Notes: a model not told the origin generated them from the letters alone. A stretch of DNA of 18,100 nt from an uncultured Eubacteriales bacterium (GCA_964520895.1 CAZFOR010000023.1:1-18100); one strand, 5' to 3'; positions 1 through 9,094 are shown, counted from the first letter of the stretch. Program-made: numbers and translations.

Positions 1-100
1 TTAAAATCCCGCTTATGTTTAACTTTTTTTGGGACATTTTCCAAAAATATTGACATACCCTTTATAACTTTCTTGTATTTTTTACCATTTTTCTTTTTTA

Positions 101-1018
101 TTAATTAATTATAAGTTCCATTAGCTCCTGTGCAGAAGTCTGTCTAAGTATAGTATATCTTTTCATTAAATATAGCGTCTCAGGTATCTGTTTTGCTAAT
201 ATATTAGACCCTTTATCAGTTGTCAGTGTAACTTTAACACCCAAAGATTTCAACGTCTTTTCACTTATTTCATTATATACTCCATTTGGATATGAAACAA
301 CAATAATATCTTGTTTCAAATTGTTTTTAAAACATTCCTTCATTTTTTTAAAATCTTTTATAATATAATTTGCATATTCTTCATCTGTTTCATTATCAAA
401 CCTAGAAAAATTTTGCCTAGCATATTCAGTATTTTCATATTTAGCATTTTGATGCATATCATATGTATGACTTTGTATAAATATTAATCCCGAATCAATC
501 ATTTCTTTTGCTTTTTCATAAGAAAAATGAGGAATAATTTTATATTCAGTGTCTTTATATTTATCTGTTCCCATAGATGACCCTATTATAAATATAGTAG
601 CTTTCATATTATATTTTTTTAATATAGGATATGCCAATTCATAATTACTTAAATATCCATCATCAAATGTAATACATATTGGCTTTTCTGGTAATTCTTT
701 TTCATTATAAACATAGTCAATCATTTCATCAAATGATACCCCTGTATATCCACTATCATATAATTCTTTTATTTGCTGTTCAAATAGTTGTGTTGAAATA
801 GAATAATCACTTAGACTGTTATCATCAATATCATGATACATTAGTATCGGAACTTTTTTCTGTGACATTAAGTTATTCAAATATATATTTTCTTCATTTT
901 TTTCTTTTATATTATAACTATTTTCATTTGAATTAATAAAATAATTTGTTAATATAACTACGATACTTATTATAGTAACTGAAATAAGTATCAGTAATAG
1001 ATTTTTATTTGAACTCAT
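101..1018 (-). CDS. Membrane-anchored polysaccharide deacetylase (NodB-homology / CE4 family)
   Basis: ORF 101..1084. The preferred start is the internal ATG at 1018 (MSSNKNLLL...), which is preceded by GGAGGAAGAT (revcomp of 1019-1030) and removes the overlap with argS. An N-terminal hydrophobic anchor (LLLILISVTIISIVVILT) is followed by CE4-type motifs ILMYHDI, CITFDDGY and IQSHTYDMH. Confidence 0.85.
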   Translation of the reverse strand: MSSNKNLLLILISVTIISIVVILTNYFINSNENSYNIKEKNEENIYLNNLMSQKKVPILMYHDIDDNSLSDYSISTQLFEQQIKELYDSGYTGVSFDEMIDYVYNEKELPEKPICITFDDGYLSNYELAYPILKKYNMKATIFIIGSSMGTDKYKDTEYKIIPHFSYEKAKEMIDSGLIFIQSHTYDMHQNAKYENTEYARQNFSRFDNETDEEYANYIIKDFKKMKECFKNNLKQDIIVVSYPNGVYNEISEKTLKSLGVKVTLTTDKGSNILAKQIPETLYLMKRYTILRQTSAQELMELIIN

Positions 1019-1061
1019 ATCTTCCTCCAATGTATGCACATACATAAAATAGTATAATAAA

Positions 1062-2777
1062 TTACATTTTATCTGGGCAATCAATACCTAATAGTCTCAT
1101 ACCATTTTTTATAACATCACCAACTTGTTTAGTTAGTAATATTCTTGCTTTTTTAATATTTTCATCATCACACATAATTGTATATTTGGCATAATATGTG
1201 CTAAATGCTTGTGCTAAATCTATTATGTATCTAGATAAAATTGAAGGCTCATTTTTTAGCATTGCATTTTCTATTGTATTTGAGAAGTTACCTAATATTT
1301 TAACAATATTTATTTCTTCATCTTCTAATATTAGACTAAAATCTATTTGTGATATATCATTGATATCAATATTTGCTTTTTCTAATATACTTCTTGTTCT
1401 TACATACATAAATTGGATATATGGCCCTGTTTCTCCATTAAAATTAAGAATTGTATCCCAATCAAATATTTCATCTTTAATTCTAGATGATGATAAATCA
1501 TTAAATATTATTGCACCTACACCTACTTTTTTCGCTATTTCATCTTTATTTTCTAAATTAGGGTTTTTATCATTAATTATTTCCCTAGACTTATTTATTG
1601 CTTCATTTATAATATCTTCTAATGAAACTGAATTGCCTTTTCTTGATCCAATTTTTTCTCCATTTTTGTCAACTACTAATCCAAATGAAACATGCTCTGT
1701 TTTGTCAACATACTCTTTATACCCCATTAATTCCATAACTTTAAATATTTGCTTAAAATGTAATTGTTGTTCACCGCCAACTACATAAACCATTTTATCA
1801 AAATTATATTCTTTCATTCTGTATTTAAATGCTGCTAAGTCTCTTGTTGCATATATTGTGGTACCAGCTGATGTTATTATTATACAAGGTGACATATTAT
1901 ACTCATCTAAATCAACTATCTTCGCTCCTTGTGACTCAACTAATAATCCTTTTTCATTTAATTCTTCAACTATTGCATCCATTTTATCATTATAGAAAGC
2001 TTCTCCATTATATGAATCAAATTTTGAATTTAATAAATTATATGTTTTTTCATATTCATTTAAACTTACTTCTTTAATCCATTTCCATGTTTCTACCGCT
2101 TCTTCATCACCTTTTTCAAGTAATATAAACTGCTGTCTTGCAAGATTAGTCAATTCAGGATTTTCTTTTTCCTCTTTACTAAATCTAACATAAACTTTTA
2201 AAATTGAATTTATAGCATCATTTTCAAAATCATATTCAGGGTCATTTTTCCATAAATTTAATCCTGCCATTACTTTTCCAAACTGTATTCCCCAATCACC
2301 TAAATGATTTATTCCTATAACATTATATCCCATAAATTTATATATTTTATACAATGCTCCACCTATAACAGTTGTTCTTAAATGTCCAATATGAAAAGGT
2401 TTTGCAATATTTGGTGATGAATATTCAATAATAGCTGTTTTATTTTCTCCATAATTACTTTTCCCATAATCATCTTTTTTATTGAAAATTTCTGTCATTA
2501 TATCTTTTACAAATATTTGCTTATTTACAAAAAAATTCAAATATCCACCTTCAACTTTTATTTCATTTATTTCTTCATCTACTTCAAACTTTTCTTTTAT
2601 TTCATTTGCAATTACTATTGGTGATTTATGTAACTCTTTTGCCAGTTTAAAACATGGAAATGCATAATCACCCATATCACTATTTGGTGGTACCTCAACA
2701 TATTGCTCAATTTCGTTTTCACTAATATTGGTTATTAATGATATCTTTTTTATAATATTTTCTTTAATTTTAGACAT
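1062..2777 (-). CDS. argS: Arginine--tRNA ligase (class I aaRS)
   Basis: 571-aa ORF with the HIGH motif (AKPFHIGHLRTT) and typical ArgRS blocks (GDWGIQFG, YATRDLAA, YVVGGEQQLHF) plus the C-terminal anticodon-binding domain ending ...GIDCPDKM. RBS AAAAGGAGTG lies 5 nt upstream. Only 14 nt separate it from the upstream gene. Confidence 0.97.
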   Translation of the reverse strand: MSKIKENIIKKISLITNISENEIEQYVEVPPNSDMGDYAFPCFKLAKELHKSPIVIANEIKEKFEVDEEINEIKVEGGYLNFFVNKQIFVKDIMTEIFNKKDDYGKSNYGENKTAIIEYSSPNIAKPFHIGHLRTTVIGGALYKIYKFMGYNVIGINHLGDWGIQFGKVMAGLNLWKNDPEYDFENDAINSILKVYVRFSKEEKENPELTNLARQQFILLEKGDEEAVETWKWIKEVSLNEYEKTYNLLNSKFDSYNGEAFYNDKMDAIVEELNEKGLLVESQGAKIVDLDEYNMSPCIIITSAGTTIYATRDLAAFKYRMKEYNFDKMVYVVGGEQQLHFKQIFKVMELMGYKEYVDKTEHVSFGLVVDKNGEKIGSRKGNSVSLEDIINEAINKSREIINDKNPNLENKDEIAKKVGVGAIIFNDLSSSRIKDEIFDWDTILNFNGETGPYIQFMYVRTRSILEKANIDINDISQIDFSLILEDEEINIVKILGNFSNTIENAMLKNEPSILSRYIIDLAQAFSTYYAKYTIMCDDENIKKARILLTKQVGDVIKNGMRLLGIDCPDKM

Positions 2778-2791
2778 AATTCACTCCTTTT

Positions 2792-5236
2792 CTACTTCTC
2801 CAGTATTTTTTCAATTTGTTTCTTTTTGCTAGAAGTAGTATTTGTTTTTGTTAGTTTTTCTAATGTATTATTTAACATTAATGATGTATCAGTTTTCCTT
2901 AAAACTTGTTTACCATTATTTGAAACATTTTCTTCTAAATCAATATATGTTTCCCTTATAACCTTTTGTTTAGAAACAACTTTACTATTTCTAGAATATG
3001 ATACATCATCATTTCTATATGATTCCAAAGAACTTTCTATTTGTTTTTCTAATAATGGATACACACTATTAAATAATTTATCGTTTTTAACTTTTCTAGT
3101 CTTCTGTTTTTCAATACTGTTTTGTACACTATCAATTACTTCTTTTTTAATGTTATACTTTTCAGATAATTTTTCTTTTGATAACAAAAAATATTCAATA
3201 TTTAATTTTTCGCTACTATTTTTTTCTTTTATAATTAGAGGAATACCTTTTTGTCTAGCTATCATTAAATAAACTTGAAGTTGTGCATTTGGTATATCAA
3301 GTATTTGCGGATATGCTTCAATATAACTATACAAATTATTCTCTATCACTGTATCAATATTTTTCTCAATATTTTGTGTAGGTCTTGCATATAGTATATT
3401 TAATGGCATATCAATATTATTTCTTTCAAATACTTTTTTATTTTTTTCTATGTACTCAGATTTACCTTCAATTAGTAAACTAGGTACTTTTTCTATTTTC
3501 TGTTTTTCAAACCCTATTTTAGTAAGACCTTTATATACTTTTTCAATTTCTTTTTCATCTTCTCTTACTAAAATTTGTGAATTATCAGTAATTATTTTTT
3601 CAGACAAATTATTTTTTTCAAATATTCCAAATATATTTTCTATTTTAACTTTATCACTTTTTATATATATATCTGGATTATCTTGTATAATTTGTTTATA
3701 TTCTTTTGGTTTATGCTGTTTTAAAGTATTTGTTACTTCTCTAATAGTCATAGCACTCGAAAAAGCAATTAAACTAGGTTTATTTTCAATTAACTCTCCA
3801 CCAAATCCTTGATTATTAACTTCTTTTATTACATCTCTTACTTGTTTAGATGATGTTTTATTTAAAACACTAGTATCTTTTTTTAATACATTAATATCTA
3901 CTTTTTCCTCTTTTAATACATTTATAACCTTTTGTACTTCATCAATATTTTTAATTACAGTAATTGATTGCATATTTGATAAGCTTTTTCTATTTACGTA
4001 CTCTGTTTTATCATCATCTAAAAATCTTGACATATTATATACTTTTTCTACAAAAACATATGGTGACACATCTAATACTAGATTTATATCTGGATATGAT
4101 GTAGATAGTTCATTTTTTACTTCAATTAATATTTTAGTATTACCTGATATTAATACTTCTGGGCATGAATAAATTATATATTTGCTCATTTTATTTTGTT
4201 CTAAAACATCAATTATTTTATCTATTTTCTTTTGATTAGATAGTATTAATATACTAGGACAAACAGCTATAATATCCAAACTTAATCCATTTATTTTTAA
4301 TTGATGAATTATATTAGATATTTCATCAATTTTACCTCTTTGCAATATTTCAGGGCAAAATTCTAAAACACTTAGTGGTATATTGTTTTTAATAAGCAAA
4401 TCTATAATTTCACTAACTTGTCTTAAATTTTTTCTTTTTAATATTGCTGGGCATGATAATATTATTGCATTTGGTAACATATTGTTTTTTAGTACATTTA
4501 ACATATATGTTAAATTATCTTCTTTTCCTAACTGTATCATTCCAGAATTATTTTCTTTATTATCATTATCTTCTTCATTTATTTCTTCTTGATTATTTTT
4601 CTCTTTATCTTCATTTTCTTTATTATTATCTGTATCAGTAGTATTACTTATATTATTTACTTCATTATCATTTTTTTCTTTTTCTTTTATATCATCTATT
4701 ATTTGTTTTAATTCTTTTGAAGTTGATTTATATAATATTGCTATATTATTTCTAATTAAAGTTTTATATCCCTTGACTTCTTTTAATACATTTAAGTTAT
4801 CCCTTATAGTTTCATATTTTGCTGCATATAGTATCTTAGCATTTGAAGATGTTCTATCTTCTAATAAATCTATTAACCCTTCCTTTTCAAGTAATGTAAT
4901 TATTTTATCAATTTCTTCTGTATTAGAATTCACATTATTTCCAATTGATATTATTATATTAACATTTACATATGGACTTCTTTTTTTATTCATTTTTTTT
5001 ATGTAATTTAATCTTGATTCAAATTCTTCATCATCATAAATATCTATAACATCTAATAGAGAATTAAACTGATTAATATATCTTATATCTAACCCTATTT
5101 CTCTTAATACTTCTATTAATCTCATTACTCTGTTTATGACTGTGTCGCTTGGCTCATCACCATATCTTTTTTCAAGATATTCAATTACACCAATACTTAC
5201 TTTTAGTTCTCTTCTTAAATATTTATAGAAATCCAT
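2792..5236 (-). CDS. Large helical-repeat protein of unknown function with mTERF-like 32-aa repeats and an acidic Asn/Asp/Glu-rich linker
   Basis: 814-aa ORF with a strong RBS (AAAAAGGAGGTAGCGT-ATG). Cys-Pro pairs occur at residues 262/263, 294/295, 326/327 and 358/359, an exact 32-residue period. Unit consensus is IIDxLxxNx(L/I)(S/P)xx(I/V)(I/L)xxCPx(I/V)L. Degenerate copies continue on both sides (KPSLI 486-490, NPDIY 520-524, VPSLL 584-588, YPQIL 642-646). A low-complexity acidic segment spans residues ~186-232. Confidence 0.8.
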   Translation of the reverse strand: MDFYKYLRRELKVSIGVIEYLEKRYGDEPSDTVINRVMRLIEVLREIGLDIRYINQFNSLLDVIDIYDDEEFESRLNYIKKMNKKRSPYVNVNIIISIGNNVNSNTEEIDKIITLLEKEGLIDLLEDRTSSNAKILYAAKYETIRDNLNVLKEVKGYKTLIRNNIAILYKSTSKELKQIIDDIKEKEKNDNEVNNISNTTDTDNNKENEDKEKNNQEEINEEDNDNKENNSGMIQLGKEDNLTYMLNVLKNNMLPNAIILSCPAILKRKNLRQVSEIIDLLIKNNIPLSVLEFCPEILQRGKIDEISNIIHQLKINGLSLDIIAVCPSILILSNQKKIDKIIDVLEQNKMSKYIIYSCPEVLISGNTKILIEVKNELSTSYPDINLVLDVSPYVFVEKVYNMSRFLDDDKTEYVNRKSLSNMQSITVIKNIDEVQKVINVLKEEKVDINVLKKDTSVLNKTSSKQVRDVIKEVNNQGFGGELIENKPSLIAFSSAMTIREVTNTLKQHKPKEYKQIIQDNPDIYIKSDKVKIENIFGIFEKNNLSEKIITDNSQILVREDEKEIEKVYKGLTKIGFEKQKIEKVPSLLIEGKSEYIEKNKKVFERNNIDMPLNILYARPTQNIEKNIDTVIENNLYSYIEAYPQILDIPNAQLQVYLMIARQKGIPLIIKEKNSSEKLNIEYFLLSKEKLSEKYNIKKEVIDSVQNSIEKQKTRKVKNDKLFNSVYPLLEKQIESSLESYRNDDVSYSRNSKVVSKQKVIRETYIDLEENVSNNGKQVLRKTDTSLMLNNTLEKLTKTNTTSSKKKQIEKILEK

Positions 5237-5253
5237 ACGCTACCTCCTTTTTA

Positions 5254-5760
5254 TTATATTATATATTCAAAACCTACTTCTGGATATAATTTTCCATCTA
5301 TATTAGTATCCTTTTCTTTGGATACTCTTCCACCCATTTTTTCATAAAATTTTCTTGATGGAAGATTATCTCTTAAACACCATATTATAATTTTATCTTT
5401 ATTTTCTTTTTTCAAATGATTAACTGCATATGTAAACATTTGTGTTCCTATACCACCATATTTACATTCAGGCTTTACATATATAGCAACTATCTCTCCA
5501 TTATATTCCTTAGAATTATCTGATACTACTTCACCATATCTACAAAATCCTACAATTTCATCATTGGCTTGTGCAACTATAAAGTGGCCTAATTGATAAT
5601 CATTTTTTCTTCTTTCAATATCTTTTTCTCTACTCATATTATCTAAAAATTCATCATCAATAATTCCTTTATATGCTATTTTCCAAGCGTTTATTCTTAT
5701 ATCAACAACTTGCTTTATATCATCATATTGTATGTTTCGTATTAACAATTCTGTTTTCAT
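5254..5760 (-). CDS. GNAT-family N-acetyltransferase
   Basis: 168 aa. Acetyl-CoA binding motif A region IYVKPECKYGGIGTQMF and the C-terminal NLPSRKFYEKMGG block typical of PF00583. RBS AAAGGGGGTATTGT-ATG. Confidence 0.85.
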   Translation of the reverse strand: MKTELLIRNIQYDDIKQVVDIRINAWKIAYKGIIDDEFLDNMSREKDIERRKNDYQLGHFIVAQANDEIVGFCRYGEVVSDNSKEYNGEIVAIYVKPECKYGGIGTQMFTYAVNHLKKENKDKIIIWCLRDNLPSRKFYEKMGGRVSKEKDTNIDGKLYPEVGFEYII

Positions 5761-5772
5761 ACAATACCCCCT

Positions 5773-6183
5773 TTATTTTATTAAATCAAGGTTACCATTT
5801 ATAACAATTGGAGAAAAGCCATGTATTTCATCATATAACATTCCTTGTGGAATATCATTATATAAATAGATTTTTTTATTACCCATAGATGCTTCATATA
5901 ATTCTAAAAATGTTGCTCCACCAATATAGTTTTCATTTCCGTTTTTATCAAAATTTAATGCTAAAACAGCATCCATATTATTAATAACTTCTTTAGACCT
6001 TTTATACATTCTAGTTTTAAATTGTGCATGTTCATTTTCACCTAAATCCCAATTTTGTTTTTCTATTAAAGGATTGTCATAGTAATTTGGTAATTCAATT
6101 TGATGTCCTTTTTCCTCCAATTGTTTTTTTATAGGTTCAATTTTGCTATAAAACGATTTACTACAAATAATTAATATTTTCAC
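5773..6183 (-). CDS. Small nucleoside 2-deoxyribosyltransferase-like (flavodoxin-like fold) protein, function unknown
   Basis: 136 aa with a GTG start 1 nt after the valS stop; its RBS AAGGAG lies inside the last valS codons. The N-terminal MKILIICS beta-strand start and the GGATFLELYEA segment resemble the GTxxExG catalytic-Glu motif of the NDT-like superfamily. The assignment is by motif recall only. Confidence 0.5.
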   Translation of the reverse strand: MKILIICSKSFYSKIEPIKKQLEEKGHQIELPNYYDNPLIEKQNWDLGENEHAQFKTRMYKRSKEVINNMDAVLALNFDKNGNENYIGGATFLELYEASMGNKKIYLYNDIPQGMLYDEIHGFSPIVINGNLDLIK

Positions 6184-6184
6184 A

Positions 6185-8812
6185 TTAGTTCTCCTTAATA
6201 TTATTTAATCTTTCTTCAACATTTTTTAACATTTGAATATAGTTTTCTCTTTTTTCTTTTTCTTCATTAATCTTTGCTTCTGGTGCTTTTGATACAAATC
6301 CAGGATTTGATAACATTTTATCTACTCTTTCAATTTCTTTTAAGTATTTATCTTTTTCATTATTTAATCTTTCAATCTCTTCATTGATATCTACTAAATC
6401 ACCTAATGGAATAAATATCTCAATATCTGGTACAGTAATTGATACTGCATTTTTATCAATACCTTGTTTATCCTTTTTAATTTCAAATGTTTCTATATTA
6501 ACTAATTTTTGTAATATTCCTTTTCCATTATTAATAATATCATCTCTATTGTTTGTTACAAATATTGCTGATATTTTTTTAGATGGTGGAACATTCATAT
6601 TAACTTTAACATTTCTAACACTTCTTATTATTTCTTTTGTTAATTCAATATCTTTTTCTTCATTTTCAAAATTAAACTTTTCACTATACTCAGGCCATTT
6701 TGATATCATTATACTTTCTTCTTTTTTGTTAATTTCTAAAAATATCTTTTCAGTTATAAATGGCATAAATGGATGTAATAATTTTAAAGAATTTTCAAGT
6801 ACATATCTTAATGTAAATTCAGCTTCTTTTTTAGTATCACAGTTTTGGTCATATAATCTTGATTTAACCATTTCAATATACCAATCACAGAATTCATACC
6901 ACATAAAATCATATATTTTCTGAAGTCCTATACCCAATTCATAATCATCAATATCTTTTGTAACTTCTGTAATTAATTTATTTAATTTAGATAATATCCA
7001 TTTATCTTCTAAACATAATTTATTTTCATCATAACTATTATCACTATCAATATCTATATTTGATATAACAAATTTTGAAGCATTCCATATTTTATTTGCA
7101 AAATTTTTACTCATATCTAATTTATCCATTGAATATTTAATATCATTAGCAAGTGAAATGTTTAATATAAGTGATAATCTTAATGCATCTGCACCATATT
7201 TTTCTATAACTTCAACAGGATCTATACCATTACCTAAACTTTTAGACATTTTTCTTCCTTGTGCATCTCTAACTAATCCATGCATTAAAACATCTGAGAA
7301 AGGTATTTCTCCCATATGTTCTATTCCTGAAAATATCATTCTAGCAACCCAGAAAAATATAATATCATATGCTGTAACTAATACATTTGTAGGATAAAAG
7401 TATTCTAATTCTTTTGTTTTTTCTGGCCAACCTAATGTTGAAAATGGCCATAATGCTGAGCTAAACCATGTATCTAAAACATCATCATCTTGTTTAAATG
7501 TTGTGCCTCCACATTTAGAACATTTATCTGGCATTTGTTTTGAAACTACTATTTCATTACAATCCTGGCAATAATATGCTGGTATTCTATGTCCCCACCA
7601 TAATTGTCTAGAAATACACCAGTCTCTTATATTTTCCATCCAGTTATAATATGTTTTTTCATGTCTTTGTGGTGTAAATTTTATTTTCCCATTTCTAACA
7701 ACATCTATTGCAGGTTTTGCAAGTCCTTCCATTTTAACAAACCATTGGTTTGAAATTGCAGGTTCAACATTTTTATGACATCTATAACATGTACCTACAT
7801 TATGGTTATATTCTTCTATTTTAATTAATGCACCAGTTTCTTTTAGGTCTTTAACTATTTCTTCTCTTGCTTCATATCTATCTAGTCCTTCATATTTACC
7901 ACCATTTTTGTTTATTTTACCATCATCTGTAAATATTTTTATTATTTCTAAATGATGTTTTTGTCCTATTTCAAAATCATTTGGATCATGTGCAGGTGTT
8001 ATTTTTAATGCACCAGTTCCAAATTCAATATCAACATATTCATCAGCTATAATTGGTATTTCTCTATTTACAAGTGGCAAAATAACTGTTTTACCAATTA
8101 GGTGCTTATATCTGTCATCATTTGGGTTTACTGCTATTGCTGTATCTCCTAACATTGTTTCAGGTCTAGTTGTTGCAATTATTATTTCATCATTACTATC
8201 TTTTGCTTTATACTTTATATGCCAAAAATGTCCTGGTTGGTCTACATATTCAACTTCTGCATCTGATAAAGATGTTTTACATGTCGGACACCAGTTAAGC
8301 ATTCTTTCACCTTTGTATATTAACCCTTTATTATATAAATTTATAAAAACTTGTTCTACTGCATTAGATAATCCATCATCCATTGTAAATCTTTCTTTTG
8401 TCCAATCACAAGAACAACCTAATCTTTTTAACTGACTAATTATTGTTCCACCATATTCCTCTGTCCAGTCCCATGCCATTTTCAAGAATTTTTCTCTACC
8501 TATATCTTCTTTTTTTAATCCTTCTTTTGCTAGTTTTTCAACTAATTTAAGTTCTGTTGCAATACTTGCATGGTCTGTTCCAGGTACCCATAACGCGTTA
8601 TATCCTTGCATTCTTTTTGTTCTAATCAAAATATCTTGTAATGTATTTACAAGTGCGTGACCAATATGTAATTTTGATGTTACATTTGGTGGTGGTATAA
8701 CTATTGTATATGGTGTTTTAGTTTCATCAACCTCTGCCTTAAAATATCCTTTTTCATTCCAATTTTTATATAATTCTTCTTCAAAGTCCAATGGATTATA
8801 TGTTTTTTCCAT
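6185..8812 (-). CDS. valS: Valine--tRNA ligase (class I aaRS)
   Basis: 875 aa with HIGH motif (SKLHIGHALV), KMSKS motif (GRKMSKSLGNG), a CP1 editing domain (TTRPETMLGDTAIAVNP) and a C-terminal coiled coil. RBS TTAAGGGGGAATTTATT-ATG. Confidence 0.97.
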   Translation of the reverse strand: MEKTYNPLDFEEELYKNWNEKGYFKAEVDETKTPYTIVIPPPNVTSKLHIGHALVNTLQDILIRTKRMQGYNALWVPGTDHASIATELKLVEKLAKEGLKKEDIGREKFLKMAWDWTEEYGGTIISQLKRLGCSCDWTKERFTMDDGLSNAVEQVFINLYNKGLIYKGERMLNWCPTCKTSLSDAEVEYVDQPGHFWHIKYKAKDSNDEIIIATTRPETMLGDTAIAVNPNDDRYKHLIGKTVILPLVNREIPIIADEYVDIEFGTGALKITPAHDPNDFEIGQKHHLEIIKIFTDDGKINKNGGKYEGLDRYEAREEIVKDLKETGALIKIEEYNHNVGTCYRCHKNVEPAISNQWFVKMEGLAKPAIDVVRNGKIKFTPQRHEKTYYNWMENIRDWCISRQLWWGHRIPAYYCQDCNEIVVSKQMPDKCSKCGGTTFKQDDDVLDTWFSSALWPFSTLGWPEKTKELEYFYPTNVLVTAYDIIFFWVARMIFSGIEHMGEIPFSDVLMHGLVRDAQGRKMSKSLGNGIDPVEVIEKYGADALRLSLILNISLANDIKYSMDKLDMSKNFANKIWNASKFVISNIDIDSDNSYDENKLCLEDKWILSKLNKLITEVTKDIDDYELGIGLQKIYDFMWYEFCDWYIEMVKSRLYDQNCDTKKEAEFTLRYVLENSLKLLHPFMPFITEKIFLEINKKEESIMISKWPEYSEKFNFENEEKDIELTKEIIRSVRNVKVNMNVPPSKKISAIFVTNNRDDIINNGKGILQKLVNIETFEIKKDKQGIDKNAVSITVPDIEIFIPLGDLVDINEEIERLNNEKDKYLKEIERVDKMLSNPGFVSKAPEAKINEEKEKRENYIQMLKNVEERLNNIKEN

Positions 8813-8844
8813 AATAAATTCCCCCTTAACTAATATTAATCATA

Positions 8845-9033
8845 TTAAAATACACTAAAATTAGTCCGATGACGCCGTACAACCACGCCGATAATCTTCA
8901 TTCCTATTGTTGCGTTATTTATATCACCTTTTGGAAAGGTTTTTTTAACAAATTTTCTTGCAGAAAATATCATATTTACTCCTAATAGTAAAATGGTAAA
9001 TCCTAATATTAATAAAATATACTGTAATTTCAC
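8845..9033 (-). CDS. Hypothetical small membrane protein (62 aa) in the valS leader
   Basis: GTG start preceded by AGGAGAGATTAAA. One clear N-terminal TM helix (YILLILGFTILLLGVNMIF). The 3' end (IGVVVRRHRT) uses GGC/GTG/CGG/CGT codons that are rare elsewhere in the window, so coding status is uncertain. Confidence 0.35.
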   Translation of the reverse strand: MKLQYILLILGFTILLLGVNMIFSARKFVKKTFPKGDINNATIGMKIIGVVVRRHRTNFSVF

Positions 9034-9066
9034 TTTAATCTCTCCTAACTAAAATTTTACCAATAA

Positions 9067-9094
9067 AGTATATCACAAAATACAATATTTTCAA
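9067..9094 (-). promoter_or_regulatory. Candidate sigma-A promoter for the small ORF and valS
   Basis: On the minus strand: TTGAAA (9094-9089), a 16-nt spacer, then TG-A-TATACT (extended -10; hexamer 9072-9067). Confidence 0.45.

Noticed and set aside
1-100. Possible start of a further minus-strand gene (ATG at 56-54, MSIFLENVPKKVKHKRDF...) or a terminator downstream of the deacetylase gene
   Set aside because: Only 18 codons are visible, the putative RBS (AAAGGG) is 1 nt from the ATG, and no clear hairpin is present. The evidence is insufficient to call either.
1019-1084. N-terminal extension of the deacetylase ORF (MIAQIKCNLLYYFMYVHTLEED)
   Set aside because: It would overlap the argS 3' end and has no RBS. 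The internal ATG at 1018 has a strong GGAGGA and begins a proper signal-anchor.
1198-2667. Plus-strand ORFs 1198..1788, 1829..2077 and 2482..2667, opposite argS
   Set aside because: They lie entirely antisense to a confidently identified argS. Their translations are low-complexity Ile/Leu/Phe/Ser-rich strings typical of shadow ORFs in AT-rich DNA, and they have no RBS.
4541-4681. Possible DNA tandem repeat or CRISPR-like periodicity in the purine-rich stretch of the 814-aa gene
   Set aside because: No exact repeated units are present. It is in-frame low-complexity coding sequence (Asn/Asp/Glu/Lys) within a continuous ORF.
2826-5006. Plus-strand ORFs 2826..3272, 3450..3812, 4383..4592, 4444..4641 and 4773..5006, opposite the 814-aa gene
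   Set aside because: These are antisense shadow ORFs with Phe/Ser/Leu/Ile-rich composition, no start context and mutual overlap.
6384-7397. Plus-strand ORFs 6384..6923 and 7158..7397, opposite valS
   Set aside because: They are antisense to valS, with shadow-ORF composition.
8813-9066. T-box riboswitch call upstream of valS
   Set aside because: A T-box is expected from family knowledge. However, the T-box consensus is only loosely approximated (GGCGUGGUUGUACGGCG). I could find no antiterminator or terminator pairing, no U-run terminator, and no convincing Stem I, specifier loop or GUN codon context by eye. It is reported as an open question rather than a feature.
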